Assembly: GCA_009784555.1 (NCBI GenBank)
Contig: WRBO01000005.1
Coordinates: 6,406 to 70,405, forward strand
Source of the DNA: Bacillota bacterium
Lineage (GTDB): Bacteria > Bacillota > Clostridia > Christensenellales > UBA1242
Reading direction: 5' to 3'
Length of the DNA stretch: 64,000 bases
Below, in pieces: positions 26,901 to 34,648 of the stretch (the stretch's first letter is position 1; every line of letters starts with the position of its first letter). Made by a program: the position numbers and the translations under genes. Below the pieces are notes generated by a model. That model was not told the origin of the DNA. It searched no databases and worked only from the letters and a program-made list of their open reading frames with translations.

Positions 26901-28637
26901 AGCGTTCAGCGTATAAACGTCCAAAATATTTCCGCCCGCGTCGGTACGTGCAACGCGCACATCCATAACGTTCAAAATGCGGAAGTTGAATATTTGGCGG
27001 AAGACAACGCGTTCATGGCCGCTGGCCACCGGGAACACGTAATACAGGACAACGATGTATTCGCCCGAGGCGTCAAAGGGACGTCCCTCTACAAATGGTT
27101 GTTGTACCCAACCGCGCCCATCGTTAAATGACACGGTGTTCAAAAATTCAATACGTGGACGGCCGTCCGGCCATGGGGTTGCGTTGACCTCGGTTTCAAA
27201 TGTTGCGGTTCCAAAGATTTGCACAGGTGGGCTGTTTGTTACGACTGGACGGAACCCGCCACGCGCACCGGAGGCCCATTGTTCCATTTGTGTTTGGAAT
27301 GTGCGTGCACCCGCAACCGTTGTTGCGACCGTGTTGGCGGCGGTTGGTAATAGGTCAAGTCCCGATATATCCGCGTTGACCTCGGCATTGCCGAACCATG
27401 CGGGGCGGCTTTGGTTTGGGGTGTCCCAGTCGGGCTGGTTATCGAAAAATTCCTCGAAATGGGCCTGGAACCCGAAAATTTCCAAGGTATATGTGTATCC
27501 GGTAAAATGCAAAACAGGAATTTCGACCCCGTCGAAGACCAAAATCATACGCGAGCGCAGGATGTATTGCCCCAATCGCTCGAACGTTATGCGGTATATG
27601 TCGGTTTCGTCTTCGCGCATTTGTTGCGGCGGGTCGACGGGAATTTGTTGAAAGTTTCGTGTGTCGACGTTGACCTCGAACCTGCGTGGGTCGAAACGTA
27701 CAAATGGGTTTGGCCCCGCAAAGTTGAAAAAGAACTGGTCGGTGCCCTCGCGTTGGACAATTGGGGCCTCGGGCGTGGCAACCCCTGTTTCCGAAATCGT
27801 GTTCAAAATAGGCAATAATTCATAGTGACGCGTGTGGACGATGAAAAATGCGAACTCTACGACGATGTTTGTGCGCACCCATCCCCAAACGTCGCTGGCG
27901 ATTGTTATGTTGAAACGGAAACGGTAAAAGCCCTCGTCAAAAAAGGTCGCGGCGAAACTGTATTGGTTGTTGATGGCGATGCGCCCCGCGTTTGCGGGTT
28001 GGGCCGTCCATGCGCGCATGACATCGTTCGATTGGTTGTCAAAGTTTTGGAACATCCATGGTGTTGTGCTGTAATCAAATCGTGTTGTATCGTATATGAA
28101 ATTTCCGTTTGCATCCGTTGCGTAACCCGTGCCTGTGCTTCTGCGCCCTGTGAATTCAAACCATGTTGCGGTTGGGGCCATGTTACGCCCCGTTAGGTTA
28201 GTTAATTCCACCACCACACGGTTGGCATCGCCCGCGCTGCTGTCCAACATTATCATGCCAAAGTCATGGACAAACACGCCCTCGTCATTTATGGCTGGGC
28301 GGCCGCCGCTGGCCCAATTCAGTGTCGGATCTTCGGATACTATCCGACGCATGTCAACGTCACTAAAAATCGGACGTGCGTCCCCCGTTGTGCCGAAAAA
28401 TTCACTGGTCAGGACCAGGTCTTGGTCCATGCCCCTGTCTCGACCCATTGTCAGGCGGCCGGCATTGTCCCCAACAACAGGGGGGACATAATCAAACCGA
28501 CCATCGGGAACCAATACGTTGTGACCGTCGGGAGATATTGCATTAACGGTTCGCGCAGTGAGAGGCAGCAAAAATCCCCCACCCACCATAAAGGCAAGCA
28601 GGGCGACAATCGCAAAGGACAGAAACCATTTCCTCAT
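20949..28637 (-). CDS. Giant (2562 aa) type-I membrane or surface protein
   Basis: Uninterrupted 7.7 kb ORF. N-terminal signal-like segment (WFLSFAIVALLAFMVGGGFLL) and C-terminal TM plus basic tail (VAIMVIVGVVGFLIVGVGLFFTMRHRMRVK). I recognise no catalytic motif. Confidence 0.8.
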   Translation of the reverse strand: MRKWFLSFAIVALLAFMVGGGFLLPLTARTVNAISPDGHNVLVPDGRFDYVPPVVGDNAGRLTMGRDRGMDQDLVLTSEFFGTTGDARPIFSDVDMRRIVSEDPTLNWASGGRPAINDEGVFVHDFGMIMLDSSAGDANRVVVELTNLTGRNMAPTATWFEFTGRRSTGTGYATDANGNFIYDTTRFDYSTTPWMFQNFDNQSNDVMRAWTAQPANAGRIAINNQYSFAATFFDEGFYRFRFNITIASDVWGWVRTNIVVEFAFFIVHTRHYELLPILNTISETGVATPEAPIVQREGTDQFFFNFAGPNPFVRFDPRRFEVNVDTRNFQQIPVDPPQQMREDETDIYRITFERLGQYILRSRMILVFDGVEIPVLHFTGYTYTLEIFGFQAHFEEFFDNQPDWDTPNQSRPAWFGNAEVNADISGLDLLPTAANTVATTVAGARTFQTQMEQWASGARGGFRPVVTNSPPVQIFGTATFETEVNATPWPDGRPRIEFLNTVSFNDGRGWVQQPFVEGRPFDASGEYIVVLYYVFPVASGHERVVFRQIFNFRILNVMDVRVARTDAGGNILDVYTLNAFVDRRVTLSGSFLVFMDGATAYSELSPFMMRPRIELVITTFDGQHIRTIPSFDLENFATQLATQLDAEGRYFDGIYTFRVFYGALGQASAQFSVIVDNSKVNSFQLENVGGREFVVPNTHPDFAIWGGAGDINFEIGLRWGLKPSGVSFHRAQVFFHAFENRFTSFLQTDDHTAANLATPYTMMGTGAEPLQLRPVMIRDVNNTHIGYRLPITFRAAGLYIFHIMDMAGNTSIFTLVIDNSTQGFAQNPMVDDLNHMNMTTEATWVGFGQNKIIGSDVAMSAALDFHVRGLGTTLYTTETLYEILANAGMFGTAIVPRVNSIGTLFPREEWETRYGFAIPIDNVGISLEMAETSFQTVFDRNRPLGEHLALEGTDWDIEVPANVNRHYVHLNRENFYIFRTEDALGNISFYYVFVNFDMSRGTILEDDVPELVVDAASDEWSETASVVRPGGISNREFATFAFLQSEFIVGGMNNQFVVDTVDMAFHELNWQRFYYTEETVDDEVIRTRHVNPNYPFARDVTSTERLYQRPANTNLAEHWVYREINRADRNEGTLPGVYVITRRFNPVTVPADRLDEIERNYFFIVDNTPIIANPGVFDSAIEIDFGLKTADITNFQRINNTRMVPGHDVVLQTNSTASVRMPTFGTKFGHTAIVDGEEVAFGSSIMQLHFYTTNEFGARIPQTSFNFQSLRLNLVVQQRDIAGGDFTTLRDRNANNASIPFTDTGMYRLSFTDGSGGMRWQLYGFGERINEPNRSEILFEIERGGSPGAFYRGTNRVSLGSTQLQTGETLRFVYTQSDPNRFFADVTNSRITRGQLNTPNHPTITNVPSLTQTVDGGVVRVEYMLTNMGWAENDVFGVILYTDDPMVPPISHSIVIDNTPPQHNFRNIQALDRLWNERAGFTTNDLNEDRFIYAVPNNFIFSRPILNPDLEAFSISYVEVTPALTPMTGEIHFEYGGAPFAQRVGLQPGQSRFFRITERDEAGNTREYFIQLRGLGYIDRIGTAGVVDGDNLIADQVRVFGQGLRVNDVTEFWNQNPYFEIRYENRVFRRFNQTAQTGITLGGHHFIETPMVFNNARPADLVDVLNGWIGALGEGVMTLTINNRFHVWNVDVFQITNNTLMPMIAMAEGDNGSLTVSIVNWHLLHPMFRSFNFMTLGLFDMFDGTHVSQEFIPHTGEVIIPNGASRELRITVTDPFRRQVVAEHNGIWGNEFGFAFLGGTQPVVVQNRLLHHTGDERGVEISFTSNVHELRVYRNGQFINSAENMTFTPYENMMTVHFGLPSAFAQSHWRVVLVSRGTGHVIFDQEWVFYINLPEMIFSNLNGGDVSEDIAMGSVDGIVSVSFINPSTLFNVTITYARTFPNPNFDPTLDESETNRRLLTTTRTVRRGQTRFNLTNAGRYVITVMNDAWAVSTYEFTITDVDNTTYQVFFNTENPDFADWEPESESNPRYDRTQLIASPEPFILNIAVGNTFQQRRIPSYFIVVENNQEEWQDRLEIVPSLNYPRRVINMDDPQVELSGQDIIGNSVFTYIYILESDLTGSRMYLAVTPIWSSELSNVSINVESPNAFPAEGAGLPVPHYLLFNQLGAAGLIVTLQTPGGARHNQHPGNLYFADYSFNGRPVGRLFVGDELRLSAHDYGLITFRIMDWAGNHRIFTYVIPGTTDTDTVEHFTLINLTRPPILVNGESVIDGMVFNNEININVMEIPFTSNSLPGLHMYISQMHVTRNGMVIEDFRATSQHERRFWNFTDPGLYRFTVEYVYNLTPAGRLRIDFMVQLVNPTEHMESFFVPGAPNIEIVGVALNGSDARHLFPEGHLTQISLRAGVGRSGQYIVTMRVAQGNIRPPIYRSFTIMIMPMQQPVIQSNHPFGSTTTDVFIIRYNPYLIFQLFGDSELILTRDGEEFHRIVMHAGSPNILAGFPFIEVGSYQIRLEVASGATIFAESFVIREGLNMVAIMVIVGVVGFLIVGVGLFFTMRHRMRVK

Positions 28638-28730
28638 TTGTTTCGCCTCTCCCCCAACCCTATTGTTTGCTATACAATATTAATTTATCATGTTGATGGG
28701 TTTGAACCAAACGATTAAATGGTGTATTGA

Positions 28731-29606
28731 TTAACGCAGGGCCTCGGCTCCTGCGACGATTTCGGTGATTTCGGTTGTAATCTTGGCTTGGCGGGCGCGG
28801 TTAAAGGCCAACTTGTATTCCTCGGCCTTTTCCCCTGCCTTTTTGGCCGCACCGTCCGCCGCCACCGCGCGCGAGGCATTTTCGCCCACGGCGGATTCCA
28901 ACATCGCGCCATAGATGGACGAATTAACATATTGCGGAACCGCATAGTTCGCAACGGTGTCCAGGTCGGGTTCAAATTGATGAAAGCTGTTATACCCGTC
29001 CGTGGCAGTGGTGGTTTCGTTGCCCGCAAAATCGCCCGCAACAACAGGCAACAATCGTCGCACCCGCGGCATACCCACCGATGATTGTTGGGTGTTGTAT
29101 GCGATGCTGACCTCGTCTACCTGGCCCGTTGTGAACATTTCGACCGCCGTACCGCCAATCATTGTGGCGTCCGCATACATGTCGGTGGTTTTCCCCGGGT
29201 ACATTGCAACGACATTTGTTGCTTGGTTTTTTTCAAAAAAATCGCTGGCTTTGCGTCCTACCGTAATAACATCGTGCGGGGCGGCCTCGGGGTCGGCCGT
29301 TTTTTCCTCGGCCGCCTTGATAACGCCTTTGTTAAATCCGCCGCAAATTCCTTTGTCACTGCTGATTACTATTATCAAACTCTTTTTAACATCACGTTCT
29401 TGCAAGAAGTGGTTGTTTGAACCATCGCCGTCGCGCACGATATTTCCGATGACGTTACTCATACCCTGGGCATATGGGCCAAAGGCCCGTAAATTGCTGT
29501 TTGCCTTTTCCTTGCCAGTTATTGCCATTGTTTTAGTGGTGTTCATCAGGCTGTTTGCACTTTCAAATTTTGTTTGCTTTGATTTCAGTTCCTTTAATGT
29601 TGCCAT
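28731..29606 (-). CDS. atpG: F-type ATP synthase gamma subunit homologue, encoded alone
   Basis: Gamma hallmarks are present: LIIVISSDKGICGGFNKGVIK (compare ItSDrGLCGgfN) and the C-terminal AFNRARQAKITTEITEIVAGAEALR (compare YNraRQaaITqEl.EIvsGA.AL). No other atp gene lies in the window. Confidence 0.8.
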   Translation of the reverse strand: MATLKELKSKQTKFESANSLMNTTKTMAITGKEKANSNLRAFGPYAQGMSNVIGNIVRDGDGSNNHFLQERDVKKSLIIVISSDKGICGGFNKGVIKAAEEKTADPEAAPHDVITVGRKASDFFEKNQATNVVAMYPGKTTDMYADATMIGGTAVEMFTTGQVDEVSIAYNTQQSSVGMPRVRRLLPVVAGDFAGNETTTATDGYNSFHQFEPDLDTVANYAVPQYVNSSIYGAMLESAVGENASRAVAADGAAKKAGEKAEEYKLAFNRARQAKITTEITEIVAGAEALR

Positions 29607-29638
29607 ACGGCACCTCCCCGCCCGATTTTGGGCGAGGC

Positions 29639-29667
29639 ATTATACACGGATTTCCACCAATTTGCAA
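29639..29667 (-). promoter_or_regulatory. Near-consensus sigma70 promoter dedicated to atpG
   Basis: Minus strand reads TTGCAA (29667-29662), 17 nt, then TATAAT (29644-29639). It is followed by a 5'-UTR hairpin CCUCGCCC-aaaauc-GGGCGGGG that overlaps the GGGGAGG SD. Confidence 0.6.
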
Positions 29668-29678
29668 TAGTTAATTTT

Positions 29679-31703
29679 TTACCAGTCAAATACATCATTG
29701 CGTTTTGCGTTTTTGATAACGATGTCGTTTCGGCGGCGGATGTCGTAATAGATATTTTCTTCGTCAAAGTATTTACTTGCCTGCCATTCTTCTGGGGCTT
29801 TGTACAATGTTACCAAGCCATTTTTAACACATTGGTACCATGGTGTAACGGTTGTACGTAACGGGTTAAATCCGAAACAGTAAACATACAACGAACCCAT
29901 TTTCAAATCCAACAATTCGTTAGGCGGCAGGAGGGGCCGCGAGACCTTGTTTTTGTTTATCGATTTCGACCCCGCCTCGCTGTCGTTTTCGGCGGCCTTA
30001 CCCGTTGTTTTGGAAATACTCTCGGTTTCGGTTTCGATTGCCATTTCACCCATCAGGTCACTGAACATCTTTCGCGTGTCCATATCGTTAACCCCGATGA
30101 ATATTTGGGTGTTACAGTTATTCCGAATTGTAACCGCAGATTCGGGGCCGTACACGGCCTCGAGTTGTTTATAGTCTTGTAATATCAATGTAAAGAACAA
30201 TCCACGGGAACGCGCAACGGTGATAATTGTACTGAAATCATTGATTTTTGGCATGTTACCAAATTCGTCCAAAATAAAGTACGTCGGCCATTTTAATGTT
30301 CCGCCCATGTTGTTCGCGGATTCAACCAGGGCCTTGTACAATTGGGCGACCATCAACGTCGCCAACGGGTGACGAATTTTAATTTGGTCGGGGATGATGA
30401 GGAACAATACGGTCGGCTTGTCAACGAACCCCTCGAACATGATTTCGGTTCCCGATGTTATGTAACAAATACCCTTGTCGGCAAACATAGACAGTTTGTT
30501 CGTAACAACACCAAAGAAGTTACGCATTGTGTTTTCACTGTTGGCGACAACCGTTTGGGCCAGCATGGATGCGGGCGAGAGTTTACTCCTCCCCTCGAAA
30601 TAGTTACGGATTGAACCGAAGCTGTTATTCGGGTCGTTATCGCGCAGGGTCAGGATTTTGAAAACGTTATAGAAATTGAAACGTTCCTTGGTCATGCCCA
30701 GTTCCGGGCGCAGACTGTCTTCCAGCATTGCCAAGGCCGTCCCTTGTATCATGTCGCGGGCCCCTTGTTCCCAACTGGGGTCTTTTTCGTTTTCGATTGG
30801 ACAAATAACCGCACAAATGTCCTTGATGTCGGCCTCGGATTCGGACAGTAATCTTTGTTTCAATGTCTTGCGTTCCATATCCGCCATATCAAATGATGGA
30901 AAAGCGACCTTGTTAAATTCATACCATTCGTTCGGGTAATTTTGCGCGATTATACGCAAACCCATGTCGTTTGGGTTGACACCCGAATGTTTAATAAGCT
31001 CTTTGTCCAAACCGTGCGCGCGTTGGAACATGTTCCATGCACGTTCAAACGGGTTCCATGTGGATGATTTTGTTGGTTCGGACAGATTAAAGACCTGGAC
31101 ATCGTAACCGTTACGGCGCAATGTTTCGGCCATCATGTTGTACAATTCGCCCTTTGGGTCGGTGACGACCATGTTTGGCTTTGCACCGCTGTGCCCCAGG
31201 GTATATATAAACGGGTTGACGAATGTTTGACCCTTACCCGAACCGGTGGTTCCCAAAACGATTGTGTGGTAATCCTTTGGTACCATGTTGATGTGGATGT
31301 CGCGGCCGCTGGCCTCGAACCGTACTAATGTCCCCGTTTTTTTCTGGCGCCCTATTCCTGACAATGTCGAATAGATATATTCGCGATTGGCCTCGGATTT
31401 GGTCATCCAACGGTTGGAATAAAATTGTTCGACCGTTTTTGATTTTTCATCGACCAACAAAAATCCACTGACAACTATTGCGACCGCCGCAATCGGTGCA
31501 ACCAACACAATGGTAATAAATGTTGGATTGGTAAAGGCCGCCAACGACAATGCCGGGTCACCGCCCATGACATTGACCCCAACCATAGCCAGGATAATAA
31601 TCACCAACATTATCGCCGCGCCGAACCCCGCATAGATAGGCCATTTTTCTTTTATATTATCAAGACTTATCAAATCATCCCCCTGTGAAAACCCTTTCAC
31701 CAT
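29679..31703 (-). CDS. Type IV secretion coupling protein (VirD4/TraG/TraD family ATPase)
   Basis: N-terminal TM segments, Walker A VLGTTGSGKGQTF, Walker B YFILDEFGNMPKI, and TLILQDYKQL. The start is uncertain: ATG at 31703, with a TTG-initiated ORF open to 31733. Confidence 0.8.
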   Translation of the reverse strand: MVKGFSQGDDLISLDNIKEKWPIYAGFGAAIMLVIIILAMVGVNVMGGDPALSLAAFTNPTFITIVLVAPIAAVAIVVSGFLLVDEKSKTVEQFYSNRWMTKSEANREYIYSTLSGIGRQKKTGTLVRFEASGRDIHINMVPKDYHTIVLGTTGSGKGQTFVNPFIYTLGHSGAKPNMVVTDPKGELYNMMAETLRRNGYDVQVFNLSEPTKSSTWNPFERAWNMFQRAHGLDKELIKHSGVNPNDMGLRIIAQNYPNEWYEFNKVAFPSFDMADMERKTLKQRLLSESEADIKDICAVICPIENEKDPSWEQGARDMIQGTALAMLEDSLRPELGMTKERFNFYNVFKILTLRDNDPNNSFGSIRNYFEGRSKLSPASMLAQTVVANSENTMRNFFGVVTNKLSMFADKGICYITSGTEIMFEGFVDKPTVLFLIIPDQIKIRHPLATLMVAQLYKALVESANNMGGTLKWPTYFILDEFGNMPKINDFSTIITVARSRGLFFTLILQDYKQLEAVYGPESAVTIRNNCNTQIFIGVNDMDTRKMFSDLMGEMAIETETESISKTTGKAAENDSEAGSKSINKNKVSRPLLPPNELLDLKMGSLYVYCFGFNPLRTTVTPWYQCVKNGLVTLYKAPEEWQASKYFDEENIYYDIRRRNDIVIKNAKRNDVFDW

Positions 31704-31761
31704 TATTATAAGGAAAACCCCGCACAATACCAAATAAAAAATTTACACCAACGAAACAAAA

Positions 31762-31778
31762 ACCACCCGCATGGGGTG
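31762..31778 (-). terminator. Intrinsic terminator after the VirB2-like gene
   Basis: Hairpin CCACCC-catgc-GGGTGG followed by UUUUUGUUU on the minus strand. An A-run on the other side makes it potentially bidirectional. Confidence 0.6.
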
Positions 31779-31800
31779 GTTTTGATTATGGCTTTGCGTT

Positions 31801-32148
31801 TTAGAAAGTTTCCCAGTCGGTGATTTCGCTACCTTCGTTTGATATTGCGCCAATAAGGATGTTGAAGATAACTATCAAGAGCACGACAGCGATAACCGCA
31901 ATAATTGTCCAGAGCAATTGTTTTTTCGCTTCTTTACGTTTACCCTCGTCCTCGGCCGATGCCAATTTGAATCCAATGTAAATCGCGAACACAAGCGCAG
32001 CCATACCAAGGAGACCAAGCAAGACGTTAAACACAGTCTGAACAACTGTAACAACGTTGCCCACAACCTCCGAAGCGCTACCGCCAGCACCTTCTACTGG
32101 TTGGATGTCTGCCACGCGCATGGCCATTTTCGCCATCAAGTTCCCCAT
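31801..32148 (-). CDS. Small two-TM membrane protein, VirB2/TrbC pilin-like
   Basis: 115 aa with two long hydrophobic helices (VFNVLLGLLGMAALVFAIYIGF and LLWTIIAVIAVVLLIVIFNILIGAI) separated by the charged loop KLASAEDEGKRKEAKKQ. It lies directly upstream of the coupling protein. Confidence 0.5.
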   Translation of the reverse strand: MGNLMAKMAMRVADIQPVEGAGGSASEVVGNVVTVVQTVFNVLLGLLGMAALVFAIYIGFKLASAEDEGKRKEAKKQLLWTIIAVIAVVLLIVIFNILIGAISNEGSEITDWETF

Positions 32149-32303
32149 ACTTGAAATTCCCCCTTTGTTTCATATGCTCTGCATTAACCCGAACATTTAT
32201 GCAAATGCGATGTTAATTGAAAATTACTATATTAATGCATGGTGTGTCAAACGATTTTTATATAGTTTTTAGAGTTTAGCTATTTAACGCTAATCTCTAC
32301 TAA

Positions 32304-32798
32304 CTACCTACTCATAATTTTGAACATGATTTGGTCGTATTCCAATCCATCGCCGTCCGCGACCACGATTTCGACGACGTCACCCTCTATGTCTGATGTG
32401 ATTTCGTTGTGGAATTCCCCCGTGTCAATCACACACAAAACGTCCCCTTTGTTCACGCGGCGGCCGATTGTAACATACGGTGCCCCGTCATCCAATCCCG
32501 CGATGAAACGGCCTATCAAGGGACTGCGCACCTCGAATATTTTGCCTTTGGCGGGTGACCCGAACGGCAGGACTTCCTCGACCGCCTCTTTGTTCGCCCG
32601 CGCCAATTTGTCCGGTTCCACCGTTGTGCTGCGGGCCTCTTCCTGGCCTAACTTTGGCATTTCATCCCGTTCCGCGGACTCGGTCGATTTTTCGCCACCG
32701 CCCAATTTTACCGACCATGAATCGGTTACCAATTCCAACGACCGAAATCCCTCGACCTTCATGAACTCGGCCAACTTTCGCATTAATTTTACATCCAT
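32304..32798 (-). CDS. Biotin carboxyl carrier protein-like protein lacking the biotinyl-lysine motif
   Basis: The start MDVKLMRKLAEFMKVEGFRSLEL resembles a BCCP N-terminus. The C-terminal biotinyl/lipoyl-type domain reads SPLIGRFI...VNKGDVLCVIDTGEFHNEITSD, where canonical BCCP has LC.[10 protein letters not shown]. The track ORF extends to 33047 only through an antisense overlap with metK. Confidence 0.65.
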   Translation of the reverse strand: MDVKLMRKLAEFMKVEGFRSLELVTDSWSVKLGGGEKSTESAERDEMPKLGQEEARSTTVEPDKLARANKEAVEEVLPFGSPAKGKIFEVRSPLIGRFIAGLDDGAPYVTIGRRVNKGDVLCVIDTGEFHNEITSDIEGDVVEIVVADGDGLEYDQIMFKIMSR

Positions 32799-32865
32799 GC
32801 AACCATTATATGATAAAACCCACGGTTGACAAATCTTTTTGCGGTTGGTACTTTTATGGGTACAT

Positions 32866-33960
32866 ATGAAAAAGATTTTAACAAGCGAATCGGTGAACAT
32901 TGGACACCCCGACAAAACATGTGACACGATTGCGGATGCGTTTTTGGATGCGGCATTGGCGGCCGACCCGCACGCCCAAATGGCGGTTGAATGTGCGATA
33001 AAGGACGACCTGGTGATGATATATGGCGAGGCCACGACAACCGCCAAAATAGATTACGAAAAAATCGCGGCCGCGGTATTGGCCGACATCGGATACAAAA
33101 ATACTTTTCGCTTTGTGACAACGGTATCACAACAGAGTCCCGAGATAAACCGCGCAACCGTCGGCGGCGAAATCGCGGCGAACGACCAAGGCATTGTTTA
33201 TGGTTACGCAACGAACGAGAGTACCGAATACATGCCTCTGCCGATTATCATCGCCCACAAGTTGATGAAACAATACGAAACATTCCGCCGCACGCGCGAT
33301 GACTTTTTCGCCGACGCAAAGTCCCAGGTCAGCATCGAATACACAAACAACAAACCCACCGCGGTTAAAACTATCCTCGTATCCGTATCCCACGGCGAGG
33401 GTTTAACCAACACCGAAATACAATCAATAATCATGGATGCGGTTGTTATGCCTGTGTTGGCGGAATACCCCGACCTGACCCAACATGCAATGGAAATAAT
33501 TATTAATCCAAGTGGTGCGTTCACAATATGGGGGTCATTTTCCGACAGCGGTTGCGTCGGCCGTAAAATCGTCGTTGACACATACGGCGGCATCGGCCGC
33601 GTTGGCGGCGGATGCTTTTCATCGAAAAATGCAACAAAAGTTGACCGTTCCGGTGCGTATTACGCACGTTTTGTTGCAAAAAACATTGTTGCAAATAAAT
33701 TGGCCGACCGCGCCGAGGTCTCCGTCGCATATGCAATCGGTGTTTCCCGCCCATTGAAAATCAACATTGAAACATTTAATTCAAATCACGTACCCCACGA
33801 ACAAATCGAAAAATTCGTCCACGACAATTTCGATTTCCGCCCGTCAAACATAATTCGCGAATTGGATTTATTAAAACCGCAATACAAACAAACCGCATGT
33901 TACGGACATTTTGGCCGTGACGAATTTCCATGGGAAAAAATCAAAGCCATAAAATCATAA
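32866..33960 (+). CDS. metK: S-adenosylmethionine synthetase
   Basis: Begins MKKILTSESVNIGHPDKTCDTIADAFLD, and GGGCFSSKNATKVDRSGAYYAR is present. Length is about 364 aa. Confidence 0.95.
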   Translation: MKKILTSESVNIGHPDKTCDTIADAFLDAALAADPHAQMAVECAIKDDLVMIYGEATTTAKIDYEKIAAAVLADIGYKNTFRFVTTVSQQSPEINRATVGGEIAANDQGIVYGYATNESTEYMPLPIIIAHKLMKQYETFRRTRDDFFADAKSQVSIEYTNNKPTAVKTILVSVSHGEGLTNTEIQSIIMDAVVMPVLAEYPDLTQHAMEIIINPSGAFTIWGSFSDSGCVGRKIVVDTYGGIGRVGGGCFSSKNATKVDRSGAYYARFVAKNIVANKLADRAEVSVAYAIGVSRPLKINIETFNSNHVPHEQIEKFVHDNFDFRPSNIIRELDLLKPQYKQTACYGHFGRDEFPWEKIKAIKS

Positions 33961-34196
33961 TGCTTTATCTCCGCATACCCTGACACATGCGGGGACGAAA
34001 AATAATATCAAATCGGGCAAGCATAACCGCCACAGTTTGCAATAAACAAGTAAAGGTCAACAGTAACATCGTTACCGCACATGTTTTGTGCCACGGGTGT
34101 GATTGTTGCCCCTGCCCTTGTTGTGTATGCCGTGACTGGTTACGGATTTTATGCCGTTTGATATCTTCCCCTTGTTAAATTATAAGGAGAAATAAA

Positions 34197-34634
34197 ATGA
34201 CACAAGAAAACCAAGCCTTTTTGGACATAGAACTTTGTGACGAAGCCGTCATCGTCGAGAGCGAGGTTTCCGAAACCGAAATCCTTGACCTGACGATTAC
34301 AAAGGAATCCGACTGTCCCTATGCCGTTATTGGTGGAACCATTTGCTATACGGTGACAATCACCAATAACACCGACCATACGTTCGATGGTCGCGATGAT
34401 ACGGCCTTTTCCCCGTTGGTATTCCGTGACCCGTTGGCCGAAAATTTGGAATATATCGTTGACACATTTACCTTTTCCATCAATGGCGCAATACCGCCTA
34501 CCCATGGAACCCCAACCATAGACACCGACAACATCATGACTTTTGACGATTGGACAATCCCGCCACAATCAACCGTGGTTGTTGAGTTCTGTGTCCGCGT
34601 AAAACGACCAACACCGCCAACTGTTGAACAGTAA
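34197..34634 (+). CDS. DUF11 (conserved repeat domain) protein with no signal peptide
   Basis: SD AAGGAG. Contains the pattern LDLTITKESDCPYAVIGGTICYTVTITNNTD...VVEFCVRV, typical of the TIGR01451/DUF11 beta-sandwich. The N-terminus is acidic rather than hydrophobic. Confidence 0.65.
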   Translation: MTQENQAFLDIELCDEAVIVESEVSETEILDLTITKESDCPYAVIGGTICYTVTITNNTDHTFDGRDDTAFSPLVFRDPLAENLEYIVDTFTFSINGAIPPTHGTPTIDTDNIMTFDDWTIPPQSTVVVEFCVRVKRPTPPTVEQ

Positions 34635-34648
34635 AAGGGAGGCCCATC

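Noticed and set aside
29679-32148. Integrative conjugative element or prophage call around the coupling protein
   Set aside because: The window contains no integrase, relaxase, VirB4, replication or phage structural genes, no flanking att-like direct repeats and no tRNA target. The flanks are housekeeping genes.
32799-32865. SAM riboswitch upstream of metK
   Set aside because: Only 67 nt separate the divergent start codons. This is too short for an S-box aptamer plus expression platform, and no S-box conserved stretches are visible.
32799-33047. N-terminal extension of the BCCP-like ORF (the track gives 32304-33047)
   Set aside because: The extension is antisense to the well-supported metK 5' end and has no BCCP similarity. 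The BCCP-like sequence starts at MDVKLMRKL (32798).
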